From assembly GCA_930989465.1 (NCBI GenBank), contig CAKNLX010000001.1, forward strand, positions 5,858-69,857: a stretch of DNA of 64,000 nucleotides. The letters run 5' to 3'. This DNA is from an uncultured Lactobacillus sp. GTDB taxonomy: Bacteria > Bacillota > Bacilli > Lactobacillales > Lactobacillaceae. A program made the position numbers and the translations under genes. Below are positions 52,437-63,144 of this stretch, piece by piece. The stretch's first letter is position 1. Each line of letters begins with the position of its first letter. Below the pieces are notes generated by a model, which saw only the letters and a program-made list of their open reading frames with translations, searched no databases and was not told the origin of the DNA.

Positions 52437-53603
52437 TTAAAAATAATCATAAAATGAAACTTTGCCTTTTACAAAATCTAACTTTTTAATACGATAATTT
52501 GTTATTAGACCCAATTCAATAGCAGCCTTTAAAGTTAAACGGCCTAAAAGAACTTGGGTCCATGCGGTGATTGGCCCAGAAAAATCAACTAATTCATCTT
52601 CTTTACGCTCACACGTAACTTCACGATTGTGATTATTCAATTGCCAAACGCCAATATTCCAAGGACATTGATCATCATAATTAACTTCAATGTTAAAAGT
52701 ACCTTCTTGCAGTGGCCGCATGCATGACAAAACTTTTTGAAAATCAATAATTCTACTCATCATATATGGATGAAGTTGAATGTCTAATTCATTCTGTTCT
52801 GGGAAAAGCTCGGCCAATAATGATTTCTCAGGTAGCATCATACAAAACTCTTTAACTGAACCTATATGAGATGCCATAAAGCCTAATATGCTTGATAATC
52901 CTTGAGGGGTAATTGAATATAATTCATCTGCCATAAAGCAATTATCAACTATCCGATAAATCAAGTAACTCATTGGACGACCGGCATTATCAAAATAAAC
53001 CGCAATATCTCGATGATGGTAGTAACTATCTAATCTATTCCACCACCAAGCTTCTCTAATAATAGTATTTCTCTCGTCATCAGTATGTAATTGACGTTCA
53101 TATAACTGAATTACGCCATTTTGAACAATCAAATCATCCCATTTTCCGCGAATCACCTTACCCTTACGAGGTAATTTAAAGGAAGCTAAAGCATCCCCAG
53201 AAAAGCGATATTCTTTTTGATAAATACTATTGCTAAAGCCATAATGACGATAAAAATCTTCTGAAAAAGGAGCTAAATTTGCCACCGGAATTTTATTTTC
53301 ATGCAAATCATGAATAACTTCTTCCATTAATTTAGAAATATGGCCCCGTCCTCTACATTCAGGATAGGATGATACATAACCAATCCCAGCTATTGGAACA
53401 TGATGACCAAATATTTCACCCTTAAATTGATTTACCATCATATAACTAGTCAATTTTCCTTGATCAAAATATCCATATCCATCACTATGATCATACCGAC
53501 TCATAAAATTGGCATTTGTAGTTAAATCAGAATCTTTTAAAAAAGCATATTCAATCAATGAAGCAATTTGTTTTAAATTGTCTTGGTTTTTCTTTAATTT
53601 CAT
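52437..53603 (-). CDS. Eis-like GNAT acetyltransferase
   Basis: VSSYPECRGRGHI, FYRHYGF, MSRIIDF, SCP2-like C-terminus ending YDYF. Confidence 0.85.
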   Translation of the reverse strand: MKLKKNQDNLKQIASLIEYAFLKDSDLTTNANFMSRYDHSDGYGYFDQGKLTSYMMVNQFKGEIFGHHVPIAGIGYVSSYPECRGRGHISKLMEEVIHDLHENKIPVANLAPFSEDFYRHYGFSNSIYQKEYRFSGDALASFKLPRKGKVIRGKWDDLIVQNGVIQLYERQLHTDDERNTIIREAWWWNRLDSYYHHRDIAVYFDNAGRPMSYLIYRIVDNCFMADELYSITPQGLSSILGFMASHIGSVKEFCMMLPEKSLLAELFPEQNELDIQLHPYMMSRIIDFQKVLSCMRPLQEGTFNIEVNYDDQCPWNIGVWQLNNHNREVTCERKEDELVDFSGPITAWTQVLLGRLTLKAAIELGLITNYRIKKLDFVKGKVSFYDYF

Positions 53604-53697
53604 AATTTTCCTTATAAAAATATACTGTCTTCATAATCTTACTTATATTTTAGATCATTTTATGTGTTTTTCGTTAGCTTTTTTTAAGATTTAGATG

Positions 53698-53732
53698 AAA
53701 AAACGGGATGAATATACCTGTCATCCCGTTTT
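53698..53732 (-). terminator. terminator after citX
   Basis: AAAACGGGATGA/TCATCCCGTTTT. Confidence 0.8.
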
Positions 53733-54267
53733 ACTTATTTACATACTTTGTATATAAACTAGAAATATACTTTTGCATTTTCTGTACTGAATGTCGACGT
53801 GATCGTGCACATTCTTTAGCAGGACGATCACATAAGTAGCAACGGCGACTTGCATAATTTAATTCTTTACGTGAAATCGCAGGTCTGCCTTTAACTAGTA
53901 CGTCGGCATCGAATAATCGACCAACCGAACTATTCTCTTCAAATGAAATAGTCGATAATTTAACCTTCTTGCTAGATTCCTGCAAAATATAAAAATTTTC
54001 ATATCCAGCATCAATATTCAATGCTTTTACCAATCGATAATTATAATTTTTATCCTGCCACTCTTTTTCTAATTGCTTGATTCCATAATTAAACAGTTCA
54101 ATCAAATATTGATTATTCTTAATTGGACCCGGAATATTTAAATTAATATCAACTAACGTAGTATCGGGATATTTTTGAAAAATCTTTTGTTGTAAAGCTA
54201 CACGATAATCCTTTGCAGCTAACACTTGAGCAATATCTTGCGGATTTCCTTCTTGAAAAATATTCAT
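53731..54267 (-). CDS. citX: apo-citrate lyase phosphoribosyl-dephospho-CoA transferase
   Basis: NIPGPIK, GRLFDADV, RRCYLCDRPAKECARSRRH. Confidence 0.92.
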   Translation of the reverse strand: MNIFQEGNPQDIAQVLAAKDYRVALQQKIFQKYPDTTLVDINLNIPGPIKNNQYLIELFNYGIKQLEKEWQDKNYNYRLVKALNIDAGYENFYILQESSKKVKLSTISFEENSSVGRLFDADVLVKGRPAISRKELNYASRRCYLCDRPAKECARSRRHSVQKMQKYISSLYTKYVNK

Positions 54268-54283
54268 TATTATCTCACCGCAA

Positions 54284-55215
54284 TTAATTATAAACGATTG
54301 TACCTACTCCATCATCAAGTTTACTTGCATTTCTTAAAGAAGTAATGATTGCAGTATTTCCTGTTTTCTCTACGAAATTAATGACAGCTTCAATTTTAGG
54401 TTTCATGCTACCTGCTGCAAATTGACCAGCTTCTAGATACTTCTTTAGTTGATCTACTTTTACTTTTCCAATAGGAGCTTGATCAGGCTGATTATAGTTC
54501 ACATAAGCATTATCAACAGTAGTCAAAATAACTAACTCATCTGCTTGAATATCTTCAGCTAATTTTGCGGCACTAAAATCTTTATCAATTACTCCTGCTA
54601 CCCCTTGCAAATTATTATCCTTTATTACTACAGGGATGCCGCCACCTCCCGCAGCAATTGGGACAAATTTACTCTTCAGTAAAGTATCAATAACTGGTGC
54701 ATTAATAATCTTGACGGGCTTTGGGGATGAAACTACTTGCCGGTAACCTCGACCTGCATCTTGCTTATAACTATATTCAGGATGATAGATTTTTTGTTTC
54801 TGCATTTCATTAAAAGTATAAAACGGGCCAATTGGCTTAGTAGAATTCTTGAAAGCCGGATCATTAGCATCAACTATTATCTGAGTGATTAGGGCAACGG
54901 CTTGATGTGGATAGTCGGTATGCTTAAATTGATCATCTAAAGCCTTTTGCATCCAATAACCAATATGCCTTGAGTCATTGCGACTACGGTATCAAGTGGC
55001 ATTGCAGGATTATCTTTGCTAGAGCCTTTATATTGCTGCAAAAGCAAATTACCAACTTGTGGTCCATTACCATGAACAATCGCTACTTGATCTCCCTTTT
55101 CAATCATTTTAGCAACGACTTTCATTGCCTTTTCCACTTGCTTTTCTTGAGCAGCTGCACTATTATCACCTGCTTGAATAGCATTGCCACCCAAAGCTAC
55201 AACTATTCTTTTCAT
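54284..55215 (-). pseudogene. arcC: carbamate kinase, frameshifted
   Basis: ALGGNA, HGNGPQVG, then 1-nt deletion near 54966 (QG-[S]-IGYW split); continues TKPIGPF, VIDKD, GSMKPK. Confidence 0.9.
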
Positions 55216-55216
55216 T

Positions 55217-56253
55217 TTATTTACTTCCTTCATTAACTGATGGAATAAATAAATTGCCTAAAGTAGCGGCCATTATTGCTTTGATAGAATGCAATCTATT
55301 TTCCGCTTCAGTAAATTGCCAAGCGTATTGAGAGTTAAAGACTTCATCAGTAACTTCCATTTCACTTAAACCATACTTTTCATAAATTTCTTCGTCAACT
55401 TTAGTAGTGCGATCGTGAAATGCTGGTAAACAGTGCATAAAGATCAATTGATCATCTGGAGTTCCCGTCATTTGCATCATTTTCATTGTGACCGTATAAG
55501 GCTTTAATAACTTAATTCTCTCGCTCCAGTCATTTTCACCCATTGATACCCAGACATCAGTGTAAATAATATTGGCTCCTTTAACACCTTTTTCAATGTC
55601 ATCAGTAATCAAATTCTTAGAACCAGAATCTTGGGCAAAATCCTGCGCAATCTTTTGTACATCTGGATGAGTAAACAAAGGCTTTGGCGTAACTATGTGG
55701 ACGTTAACTCCCAACATACTTCCAGCTACTAAAAGACTGTCGGCAACGTTATCGCGGCCATCTCCTACATAAGCTAAAGTAAGCCCCTTTAGGTGACCAA
55801 ACTTTTCTTTAATGGTCATAAAGTCGGCTAACATTTGCGTTGGGTGCCATTTATCGGTCAATCCGTTCCAGACAGGTACACCAGAATACTTGGCCAGGTC
55901 TTCTACATCCTTTTGAGCAAAGCCACGATATTCAATACCATCAAACATGCTGCCCAAAACTTTTGCAGTATCTTCAATGCTTTCTTTTTTACCTAAGTGA
56001 ATTTCACCAGCACCCATATATTCAGGATTTGCGCCTAAGTCATTGCAAGCAACAACAAAGGCTGAGCGCGTTCTTGTTGAAGATTTTTCAAATAAAAGAG
56101 CTATATTCTTGCCCTTTAAATATTCGTGAGGAATATTTTCTTTAGTTCCTTTAAATGAAGTGCAAAATCAATTAAGTAATTAATCTCTGCTGGAGTATAA
56201 TCCTTGCATTTTAATAAACTTCTACCTTGAAAAACGTTTTATAAATATTTCAT
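55217..56253 (-). pseudogene. arcB: catabolic ornithine carbamoyltransferase, disrupted
   Basis: ATG 56253, in-frame TAA at codon 5 (56241-56239), frameshift near 56140; [24 protein letters not shown] recoverable across frames. Confidence 0.9.
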
Positions 56254-56264
56254 TTTTCTGCCTC

Positions 56265-57494
56265 TTACAAATCTTCACGAACAAGTGGACATGACATGCA
56301 TCTTGATCCTCCGCGACCACGAGAAAGCTCACTTGAATGAATCTTATGAACTAAAATGCCATGTTTTCTTAACAAATCATTTGATACATAATTACGATCA
56401 TAAGTAACGACTTCACCTGGTGCAATAGCCAAGGTATTTGAGCCGTCATTCCATTGTTCACGAGCAGCCGCAATCGAATCACCATTGCCAGTCGGAATTA
56501 AGTCAATCTCTGATACGTGTAAGTATTTCTTTAAAACTTTAACCAAATCATTTTCTGGCGTAATTTTAACCTCACCATGATCGTCTTGCTCTAAAACATA
56601 AATATCAATTTTTCCTGCTTTATCTAAAATAAAAGGATGAACGGTGAATTGATCATAATTAATCATTGTAAAGACCGTGTCTAAGTGCATCATAGCATGA
56701 TTGTGCGGTATTTTGATTGCCAAAATTGTGTCATAACTAGAATGACCAAAAAGACTATGAGCAAGATCGGTAATGGCAGCTGCTGAAGTTCTTTGAGAAA
56801 TACCAATCGCTAAAACATGATTGTTCAAAACTAATTCATCGCCGCCCTCTAAGTGCCCATGAGTATAACGATCTCGCCAGACAGGAATATTGGCATCTTT
56901 AAATTTGGGATGATGCTTCAATATAGCTTCCATAAATAAAGATTCACGTCTTCTAGCTCTAAATGTCATCCTATTAATAGTTATGCCATTAGCAATTGCC
57001 GCTTGTTGATCACGGGTAAAATATACATTTGGCATCGGATCTAAGTAAAATGGATAATCTGGATCTTCAGCTAGATCGGCTAATGAAGGTGTTATATTTT
57101 GTATTTCATTTTTTCTAATTCCAGCAATTATCTGTTTAACCATGTCATTTACTGGCAAGGCCATTAAATAATCCATTAACAGTTGATGTAATGGATCTTC
57201 TTTTTTGATGTTAGATTCTTCTAATAATTGATCTGCAAATTTCGTGCGGACATCTTTATTAGTCAAAGATTTTGCTAATAAATCTTCTAAATAAACGACA
57301 TGAACTCCCTGTTTTTCCAAAGTATGGGCAAAATAATCATGTTCTTTTTGTGCAATTTTCAAATACGGAATATCATCAATTAACATCCGATTTAAAATAT
57401 CCGGTGAAAGATTTTCTAATTCTTTTCCTGGCCGATGTAACATAACTGTTTTCAATTTGCCAATTTCGGAATAAACATGAATTAAGTCAGTCAT
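56265..57494 (-). CDS. arcA: arginine deiminase
   Basis: YSEIGKL, YFTRD, EGGD, MHLDTV, RCMS; ATG 57494 after GGAGA. Confidence 0.93.
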   Translation of the reverse strand: MTDLIHVYSEIGKLKTVMLHRPGKELENLSPDILNRMLIDDIPYLKIAQKEHDYFAHTLEKQGVHVVYLEDLLAKSLTNKDVRTKFADQLLEESNIKKEDPLHQLLMDYLMALPVNDMVKQIIAGIRKNEIQNITPSLADLAEDPDYPFYLDPMPNVYFTRDQQAAIANGITINRMTFRARRRESLFMEAILKHHPKFKDANIPVWRDRYTHGHLEGGDELVLNNHVLAIGISQRTSAAAITDLAHSLFGHSSYDTILAIKIPHNHAMMHLDTVFTMINYDQFTVHPFILDKAGKIDIYVLEQDDHGEVKITPENDLVKVLKKYLHVSEIDLIPTGNGDSIAAAREQWNDGSNTLAIAPGEVVTYDRNYVSNDLLRKHGILVHKIHSSELSRGRGGSRCMSCPLVREDL

Positions 57495-57506
57495 TATACC
57501 GTCTCC

Positions 57507-57553
57507 TTGTATCCGCTTACAATAATTATGGATCAATTAGTTACAAGTTACAA
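57507..57553 (-). promoter_or_regulatory. arc promoter with cre site
   Basis: TTGTAA-17 bp-CATAAT, then TTGTAAGCGGATACAA (57507-57522) matching the CcpA cre consensus. Confidence 0.75.
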
Positions 57554-57555
57554 TC

Positions 57556-58410
57556 TTAAAGGCTTAAAGCATCAATTATTCTTTTCATTAATGGCGTAAC
57601 CTTTTGATCTTTACGCCATGCTAATTGTAAATGTGTTATCCAGTTACTATGCTTAATCGGAATAAGATCACCAGGAGCATATGTAGAGGCAATGGATTCC
57701 GGAACAAGAGCCACTCCCATTTTTCGTTTAGCCCAGGTGATCGCTGTTCTGGAATCATCACATTTAACAGCATAAAACGGTTTAATTCCATGATGAGCAA
57801 AAGTTTGATTAAAAATCTCTTCAAATCGCCGGTAGATAATAAGAGGCTGCTCATTTAAATCTTTAATTCTTAATTCCGTTTTATCCTTAAATTTAGGATC
57901 AACAGTAACTGCCATCATTCTTTCTGTAGTTAAAGTTTTCGCCTTTAAACCGTTACGATTATAGGGAGTACGAACAATACCTAAATCGATTGTTTTCTTT
58001 TCCAATTTATCGATAATACCAAAAGTATTGTCCTCATAAATATCAAAGTTAATTTCAGGATAAAATTCAGTTAAGGCTTGAAAATTCTTCATAGGAATAA
58101 GACCAGTTGATGAAGAAGCCATTCCAATTGCAACTGTGCCTAATTCGCCAGAAATGGTCTTGTGGACCTGATTCTTAGCACTTTCAGATAGCGATAAGAT
58201 TTCACTAGCATAGCTCTGTAAAATTTGTCCCGCATCCGTTAATTCGATACCATGAGCAGTCCGCTTGAATAATTGTGCTCCCAATTCTTTTTCCAATTGC
58301 TTTAATTGATAACTTAACGGTGGTTGCGCAATATAAAGTCTTTTAGCCGCAGACGTGATTTGTTTTTCTTCGGCTACTACTAAAAAGTAACGTAATTGTT
58401 TAATATTCAT
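57556..58410 (-). CDS. LysR-family transcriptional regulator
   Basis: MNIKQLRYF, AAKRLYIAQPPLS, LEKELG, LTDAG. Confidence 0.95.
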   Translation of the reverse strand: MNIKQLRYFLVVAEEKQITSAAKRLYIAQPPLSYQLKQLEKELGAQLFKRTAHGIELTDAGQILQSYASEILSLSESAKNQVHKTISGELGTVAIGMASSSTGLIPMKNFQALTEFYPEINFDIYEDNTFGIIDKLEKKTIDLGIVRTPYNRNGLKAKTLTTERMMAVTVDPKFKDKTELRIKDLNEQPLIIYRRFEEIFNQTFAHHGIKPFYAVKCDDSRTAITWAKRKMGVALVPESIASTYAPGDLIPIKHSNWITHLQLAWRKDQKVTPLMKRIIDALSL

Positions 58411-58535
58411 TGATCTATCCTTTTTATTTTGGTTACAGGTCTTATTAAAATTTTTTATATCTTATATTTTAATTTAGTATTTTCATCTCCACAACATATG
58501 TGCTACTTTATTAAGGTAGATTTGGAGGGAATAAA

Positions 58536-60809
58536 ATGTCTGAAAAATTTCACGGCTTAACTCAAGCCGAAGCAGAAAAACGACTTAAAGAAGATGGTCT
58601 AAACGAAGTTCCTGAACCTGAATACAACTTCTTTAAGGAATTTTTATCAAAATTATGGAATCTCTCTGCTTGGATTCTTGAAGGTGCATTAATCCTTGAA
58701 TGTATCCTCGGCAAGTGGATTCAATCATTATTTGTTTTATTCATGCTTCTTTTTGCAGCTTTTAACGGTGCATCAAAGAAGAAGCAATCACGACGGGTAT
58801 TAAATACCATCTCACACGAATTAACGCCCAAAGTTGCTGTAGAGCGTGATGGTAAGTGGATTAAAATTGACTCTAAGCAATTGGTTAAAGGCGATTTAAT
58901 TTCACTTCAACGTGGGGATGTTTTAGCTGCTGACGTAAAAATAGTTAGTGGCAACATTGCCTGTGACGAAAGTTCAATTACTGGTGAATCTAAAGCTGTT
59001 GAAAAGAATATCGATGATACGGCTTATGCTGGTACCACTGTAGTTGAGAGCGACGGCTTAGCAATCGTTATTGCAACTGGTAAGGATTCTAGAAGTGGTA
59101 AAACCATTAATTTGATTAACAACTCAGCTGCACCTGGTCACTTGCAACAACTTTTAACAAAGATTATCTACTACCTTTGCTTACTCGATGGTGTACTTAC
59201 CTTAGTTATCATCATTGCTTCATTCTTTAAGGGCGGCAATTTCGATACCTTTATTAATATGTTGCCATTCTTGGCTATGATGTTTATTGCTTCAATTCCT
59301 GTTGCCATGCCATCAACTTTTGCATTATCCAACTCATTTGAAGCAACTCGCTTAAGTAAAGAAGGCGTCTTAACTGCCGATTTAACCGGTATTCAAGATG
59401 CGGCTAACTTAAACTTACTTTTGCTTGATAAGACCGGTACAATCACTGAAAATAAAACAGCCGTTGCTAGCTGGAGCGATTTAAGTGATTTACCTGATCA
59501 AGACGTTTTAGTTTTAGCTGGTAGTGCAACCGACAAACGTAATGCAGGTATTATTGATATTGCTATTGATGAATACTTAAAAGAAAATAGCATCCCTGTC
59601 ATGGACGCTGATCACTTCACCCCATTTACTTCTGACACCGGTTATTCTATGGCAGAAGTTGATGGTCATAACGTTAAGTTAGGTTCATTTAAGCAACTTT
59701 CCTTAATCGATAAAAATGCTAATGAAGTGGTCGAAGGTATTAACTTTAAGGCTGGACGTTCAGTTGCTGTGTTGATAGATGATAAGCTTGCAGGAGTCTT
59801 TATCTTACAAGATAAGGTAAGAAAAGATTCCAAGGCTGCTTTGGCAGAACTTAAAAAGCGTGGCGTACGTCCAATTATGTTAACTGGTGATAACCAAAGA
59901 ACGGCTGCAGCTGTCGCTGAACAAGTTGATTTAACTGGTAATGTTATCTCTATTCATGACTTCGATGAAAGCACTGATGTTGATGAATTAGCTGGTATCG
60001 CCGATGTTTTGCCTGAAGACAAACTTAAAATGGTTAAATTCTTCCAAGAAAAAGGCTATATCGTTGGTATGACTGGTGATGGTGTTAACGATTCTCCTGC
60101 TTTAAAGCAAGCTGAAGTTGGTATTGCTGTTTCTAACGCTGCCGATGTTGCTAAACGTTCAAGTAAGATGGTACTTCTGGATGACGGCTTAAGTTCTATT
60201 GTTAAGATTCTTGATGCGGGTCACCGTGTATACCAAAGAATGACTACTTGGTCACTTACTAAACTCGCTAGAACTGCCGAATTAACTATGCTTTTAACCT
60301 TTGGTTACCTCTTCTTCAACTATATTCCAATGGCATTAAACGCAATGGTTATTTATACAGTTATGAATAATATGGTAACTATGATGATCGGTACTGACCG
60401 GACTCATATTACTTACAAGCCTGAAAACTGGAATATGGCAAGATTAGCTAAAATTGCATTTTCACTTGCTGCAGGTTGGACAATTATCGGTTTCACATTT
60501 GTCAGCTACCTAAACTTACATGGCTGGAGTCATAATTCAATTTCTACCATGGTTTATGTTTACTTAGTTCTTAGTGCAATGCTAATTGTATTGATTACTA
60601 GAACTCGTAAATACTTCTGGCAAGATTATCCATCTAAATTAGTTGGTATCGTCCAAATTGCTGACGTCGCATTAACATTTATTTTAGCCTTGTGTGGCTT
60701 GGCAATGGCTCAAATTAGTTGGCAAAACTTATTAATTACGGTTGTAGTGGCATTGGTTGCTGCAGTCATTATTGATTTGATTTACCAACCTGTAATGAAA
60801 AATAGATAA
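58536..60809 (+). CDS. P-type ATPase, P3A (H+-ATPase)-like
   Basis: TGES, IPVAMP, DKTGT, MLTGD, MTGDGVNDSPALK. Confidence 0.88.
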   Translation: MSEKFHGLTQAEAEKRLKEDGLNEVPEPEYNFFKEFLSKLWNLSAWILEGALILECILGKWIQSLFVLFMLLFAAFNGASKKKQSRRVLNTISHELTPKVAVERDGKWIKIDSKQLVKGDLISLQRGDVLAADVKIVSGNIACDESSITGESKAVEKNIDDTAYAGTTVVESDGLAIVIATGKDSRSGKTINLINNSAAPGHLQQLLTKIIYYLCLLDGVLTLVIIIASFFKGGNFDTFINMLPFLAMMFIASIPVAMPSTFALSNSFEATRLSKEGVLTADLTGIQDAANLNLLLLDKTGTITENKTAVASWSDLSDLPDQDVLVLAGSATDKRNAGIIDIAIDEYLKENSIPVMDADHFTPFTSDTGYSMAEVDGHNVKLGSFKQLSLIDKNANEVVEGINFKAGRSVAVLIDDKLAGVFILQDKVRKDSKAALAELKKRGVRPIMLTGDNQRTAAAVAEQVDLTGNVISIHDFDESTDVDELAGIADVLPEDKLKMVKFFQEKGYIVGMTGDGVNDSPALKQAEVGIAVSNAADVAKRSSKMVLLDDGLSSIVKILDAGHRVYQRMTTWSLTKLARTAELTMLLTFGYLFFNYIPMALNAMVIYTVMNNMVTMMIGTDRTHITYKPENWNMARLAKIAFSLAAGWTIIGFTFVSYLNLHGWSHNSISTMVYVYLVLSAMLIVLITRTRKYFWQDYPSKLVGIVQIADVALTFILALCGLAMAQISWQNLLITVVVALVAAVIIDLIYQPVMKNR

Positions 60810-60820
60810 TTATAAAATAT

Positions 60821-60866
60821 AAAAAAAGCACTCTGATTACTACATTGTAGTTTCAGAGTGCTTTTT
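60821..60866. terminator. bidirectional terminator
   Basis: AAAAAGCACTCTGA/TCAGAGTGCTTTTT. Confidence 0.85.
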
Positions 60867-60873
60867 ATTTTGA

Positions 60874-61374
60874 CTAATAATTAGAAACTGTAGTCAAGAC
60901 GTTTAAAGCTTTAACATATTCGCCATCGGCAATTTTAATAAATGGCTTTTCATTAATTTCTTTATGACCTAAGTAATTAACCTTAGCGCCACGCTTCAAA
61001 AACTTGCCTGGAATTTTTTCGCCCTTCTCATCATAAATAAAGGAAGGCTTCTTAATTCTATTAACTACCTTTATAGTGGACTTCATATATGGCAAGAATG
61101 CTTCTTCTTTAACAAATCTATTCTTACGAATCTTTACATAAGTATCACCATTAATTATCTTTATAGCACGTACTTTGTAAAGTTTTCCCTTTCTCAGATG
61201 TCCAACTTTAACACCATGCTTATTATAAACAGTAGCATTTCTAGTTAGATTTAATCTTTTACCTTGTCTAACTGGATTGGTAATGGCTGCGTCAACACTT
61301 TGTGTAGTTGCTACGCCCAATCCAATAACTGCCAACATTATACCTGCAGCAGAAATAATTTGCTTTCTCATCAT
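60874..61374 (-). CDS. secreted SLAP-domain (S-layer-associated) protein
   Basis: Signal peptide ending VDA; two repeats NATVYNKHG...YVKI and SFIYDEKG...YVKA. Confidence 0.78.
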   Translation of the reverse strand: MMRKQIISAAGIMLAVIGLGVATTQSVDAAITNPVRQGKRLNLTRNATVYNKHGVKVGHLRKGKLYKVRAIKIINGDTYVKIRKNRFVKEEAFLPYMKSTIKVVNRIKKPSFIYDEKGEKIPGKFLKRGAKVNYLGHKEINEKPFIKIADGEYVKALNVLTTVSNY

Positions 61375-61524
61375 AATCCACCCCCGTAGTGTTTATACCA
61401 TTTTTCACCTTTATTTTATCAAAAATAATTCAATTAGAAGCATTTTTTACTCAACTGTTTTATAACTATTTCTTTAATTCTGCTAAAATTATCTATAACA
61501 CTACTTACAAGGGAGTAATTACTT

Positions 61525-63015
61525 ATGATTTTAACTTGGGATATAATTCGTAGAACTATTGAAGTACTATGGATTATTAACATTGCATTCGCTGTTTGGA
61601 CGGTTTTTAGAAGTCGTCGCAGTGTTGTTGCAACTTGGGCATGGATGCTGGTATTAACTGTTTTGCCAGGTATTGGCTTTATTCTCTATCTCTTCTTTGG
61701 ACGTCAGCTTTCACATGATGAAATTTTTGCTATTCAAGAAGAACAGAAAAAGGTGCAAAGACATTATTTAGCTGAACAGCGCGATATGCTTAAAGAACAT
61801 GATCTTTTGCCTGAAAAAGAACGACTTCCACGGGTAAGAATGCTTTCAGAATTAAATCTTAACAATGATGATGCAATTTTAACTTTTGACAATCAAGTTA
61901 AGGTTTTTACCTCTGGGCCAGAGCTTTTTGATCAAATGATCCTTGATATTAAAAATGCTAAAAAATCTATTAGTTTGGAATTTTATACTTTTTATTCTGA
62001 TCAATTGGGCAAGCGAGTTTTAAAGGCTCTAGAAGCGGCTGCAGCTAATGGTGCTAAAGTACGGGTGATTTATGATACTTCTGGATCACGTGGCACTAAG
62101 CCTGCTTTTTTTGACCATCTGCGTGAATTAGGTGGTGAGGTTCAACCATTCATTTCTACTTCCAAAAAGCACTGGTTTACTACACCTCGACTTAATTATC
62201 ATTTGCATAGAAAATTGGTCATTATTGATCACCACATTGGTTATATTGGCGGATTTAATATTGGAGATCAATATGTTAATAAATCACCCAAATTTGGTCA
62301 TTGGCGCGATACTCACTTGCGCGTAATTGGACAATCACCTATTTTAATGGAAGTCCGTTTTGCAATGGATTGGAACACTTCAATCAGAAGAACTAATTTA
62401 CCTAAATTTGAATTAAAAGAACTCAAATCATTTAGAGTTAACCGCAAGGACATTAATGATAGTAAGAATGTAGCAATGCAGATTGTTTCCTCAGGTCCCG
62501 ACAACCAACACTATGGAATTAGGCGAGGCTACCAGGGAATCATTGCAGGAGCCAAAAAATATATCTATATTCAAACGCCTTATTTAATTCCTGAAGAATC
62601 AATTCTTGAAGCTTTAATTATTGCTGCTAATAGTGGAATTGATGTGCGAATTATGATCCCATGTATGCCTGATCACCCATTTGTTTACCGAGCTACGGAA
62701 TATTATGCTAAATACTTAGTAGCTCACAATGTTAAAGTTTATAAATATAATGATGGCTTTATTCATGCTAAAACGATGGTGAGTGGCTCTAATATTTCTT
62801 CAGTTGGTTCTGCCAATCAAGACTTCCGGAGTTATACATTAAACTTCGAAGTAAATTCATTCAATTATAATCCTGCCCTAACTCAAGAATTAAAAGAAAT
62901 TTTTGAAAAAGACTTAGATAAATGTACTCTTTTAACTAATGAATACTTCGCCAAACAGTCTTCATGGTTAAAATTCAAACAATACTTTTCAAGATTATTA
63001 TCACCTATTTTTTAA
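61525..63015 (+). CDS. cls: cardiolipin synthase
   Basis: Two PLD motifs (HRKLVIID, HAK...GSAN), WRDTH, two N-terminal TMs. Confidence 0.93.
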   Translation: MILTWDIIRRTIEVLWIINIAFAVWTVFRSRRSVVATWAWMLVLTVLPGIGFILYLFFGRQLSHDEIFAIQEEQKKVQRHYLAEQRDMLKEHDLLPEKERLPRVRMLSELNLNNDDAILTFDNQVKVFTSGPELFDQMILDIKNAKKSISLEFYTFYSDQLGKRVLKALEAAAANGAKVRVIYDTSGSRGTKPAFFDHLRELGGEVQPFISTSKKHWFTTPRLNYHLHRKLVIIDHHIGYIGGFNIGDQYVNKSPKFGHWRDTHLRVIGQSPILMEVRFAMDWNTSIRRTNLPKFELKELKSFRVNRKDINDSKNVAMQIVSSGPDNQHYGIRRGYQGIIAGAKKYIYIQTPYLIPEESILEALIIAANSGIDVRIMIPCMPDHPFVYRATEYYAKYLVAHNVKVYKYNDGFIHAKTMVSGSNISSVGSANQDFRSYTLNFEVNSFNYNPALTQELKEIFEKDLDKCTLLTNEYFAKQSSWLKFKQYFSRLLSPIF

Positions 63016-63019
63016 AACG

Positions 63020-63054
63020 AAAAACCCTTTATCAGTATATCTGATAAGGGATTT
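63020..63054 (+). terminator. terminator after cls
   Basis: CCCTTTATCAG/CTGATAAGGG followed by T-rich tail. Confidence 0.75.
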
Positions 63055-63144
63055 TGTTTTCTAAATAATGCAGTTTTATTTCTTTACTTATTTTTTATAA
63101 GCTGTATAATGATATTAACTATTAAAAAGTAAGGAGGATAAAAC

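Noticed and set aside
59876-59887. XerD-arm match TTATGTTAACT, and similar half matches at 22671 and near 54498
   Set aside because: Inside coding sequence (e.g. the IMLTGD motif) with no second arm; explained by codons.
3739-62504. Short ORFs (60-150 aa) nested in or antisense to long genes, e.g. 42244-42693, 34508-34864, 45850-46212
   Set aside because: Fully overlap well-supported genes and show no recognisable motifs; typical shadow ORFs.
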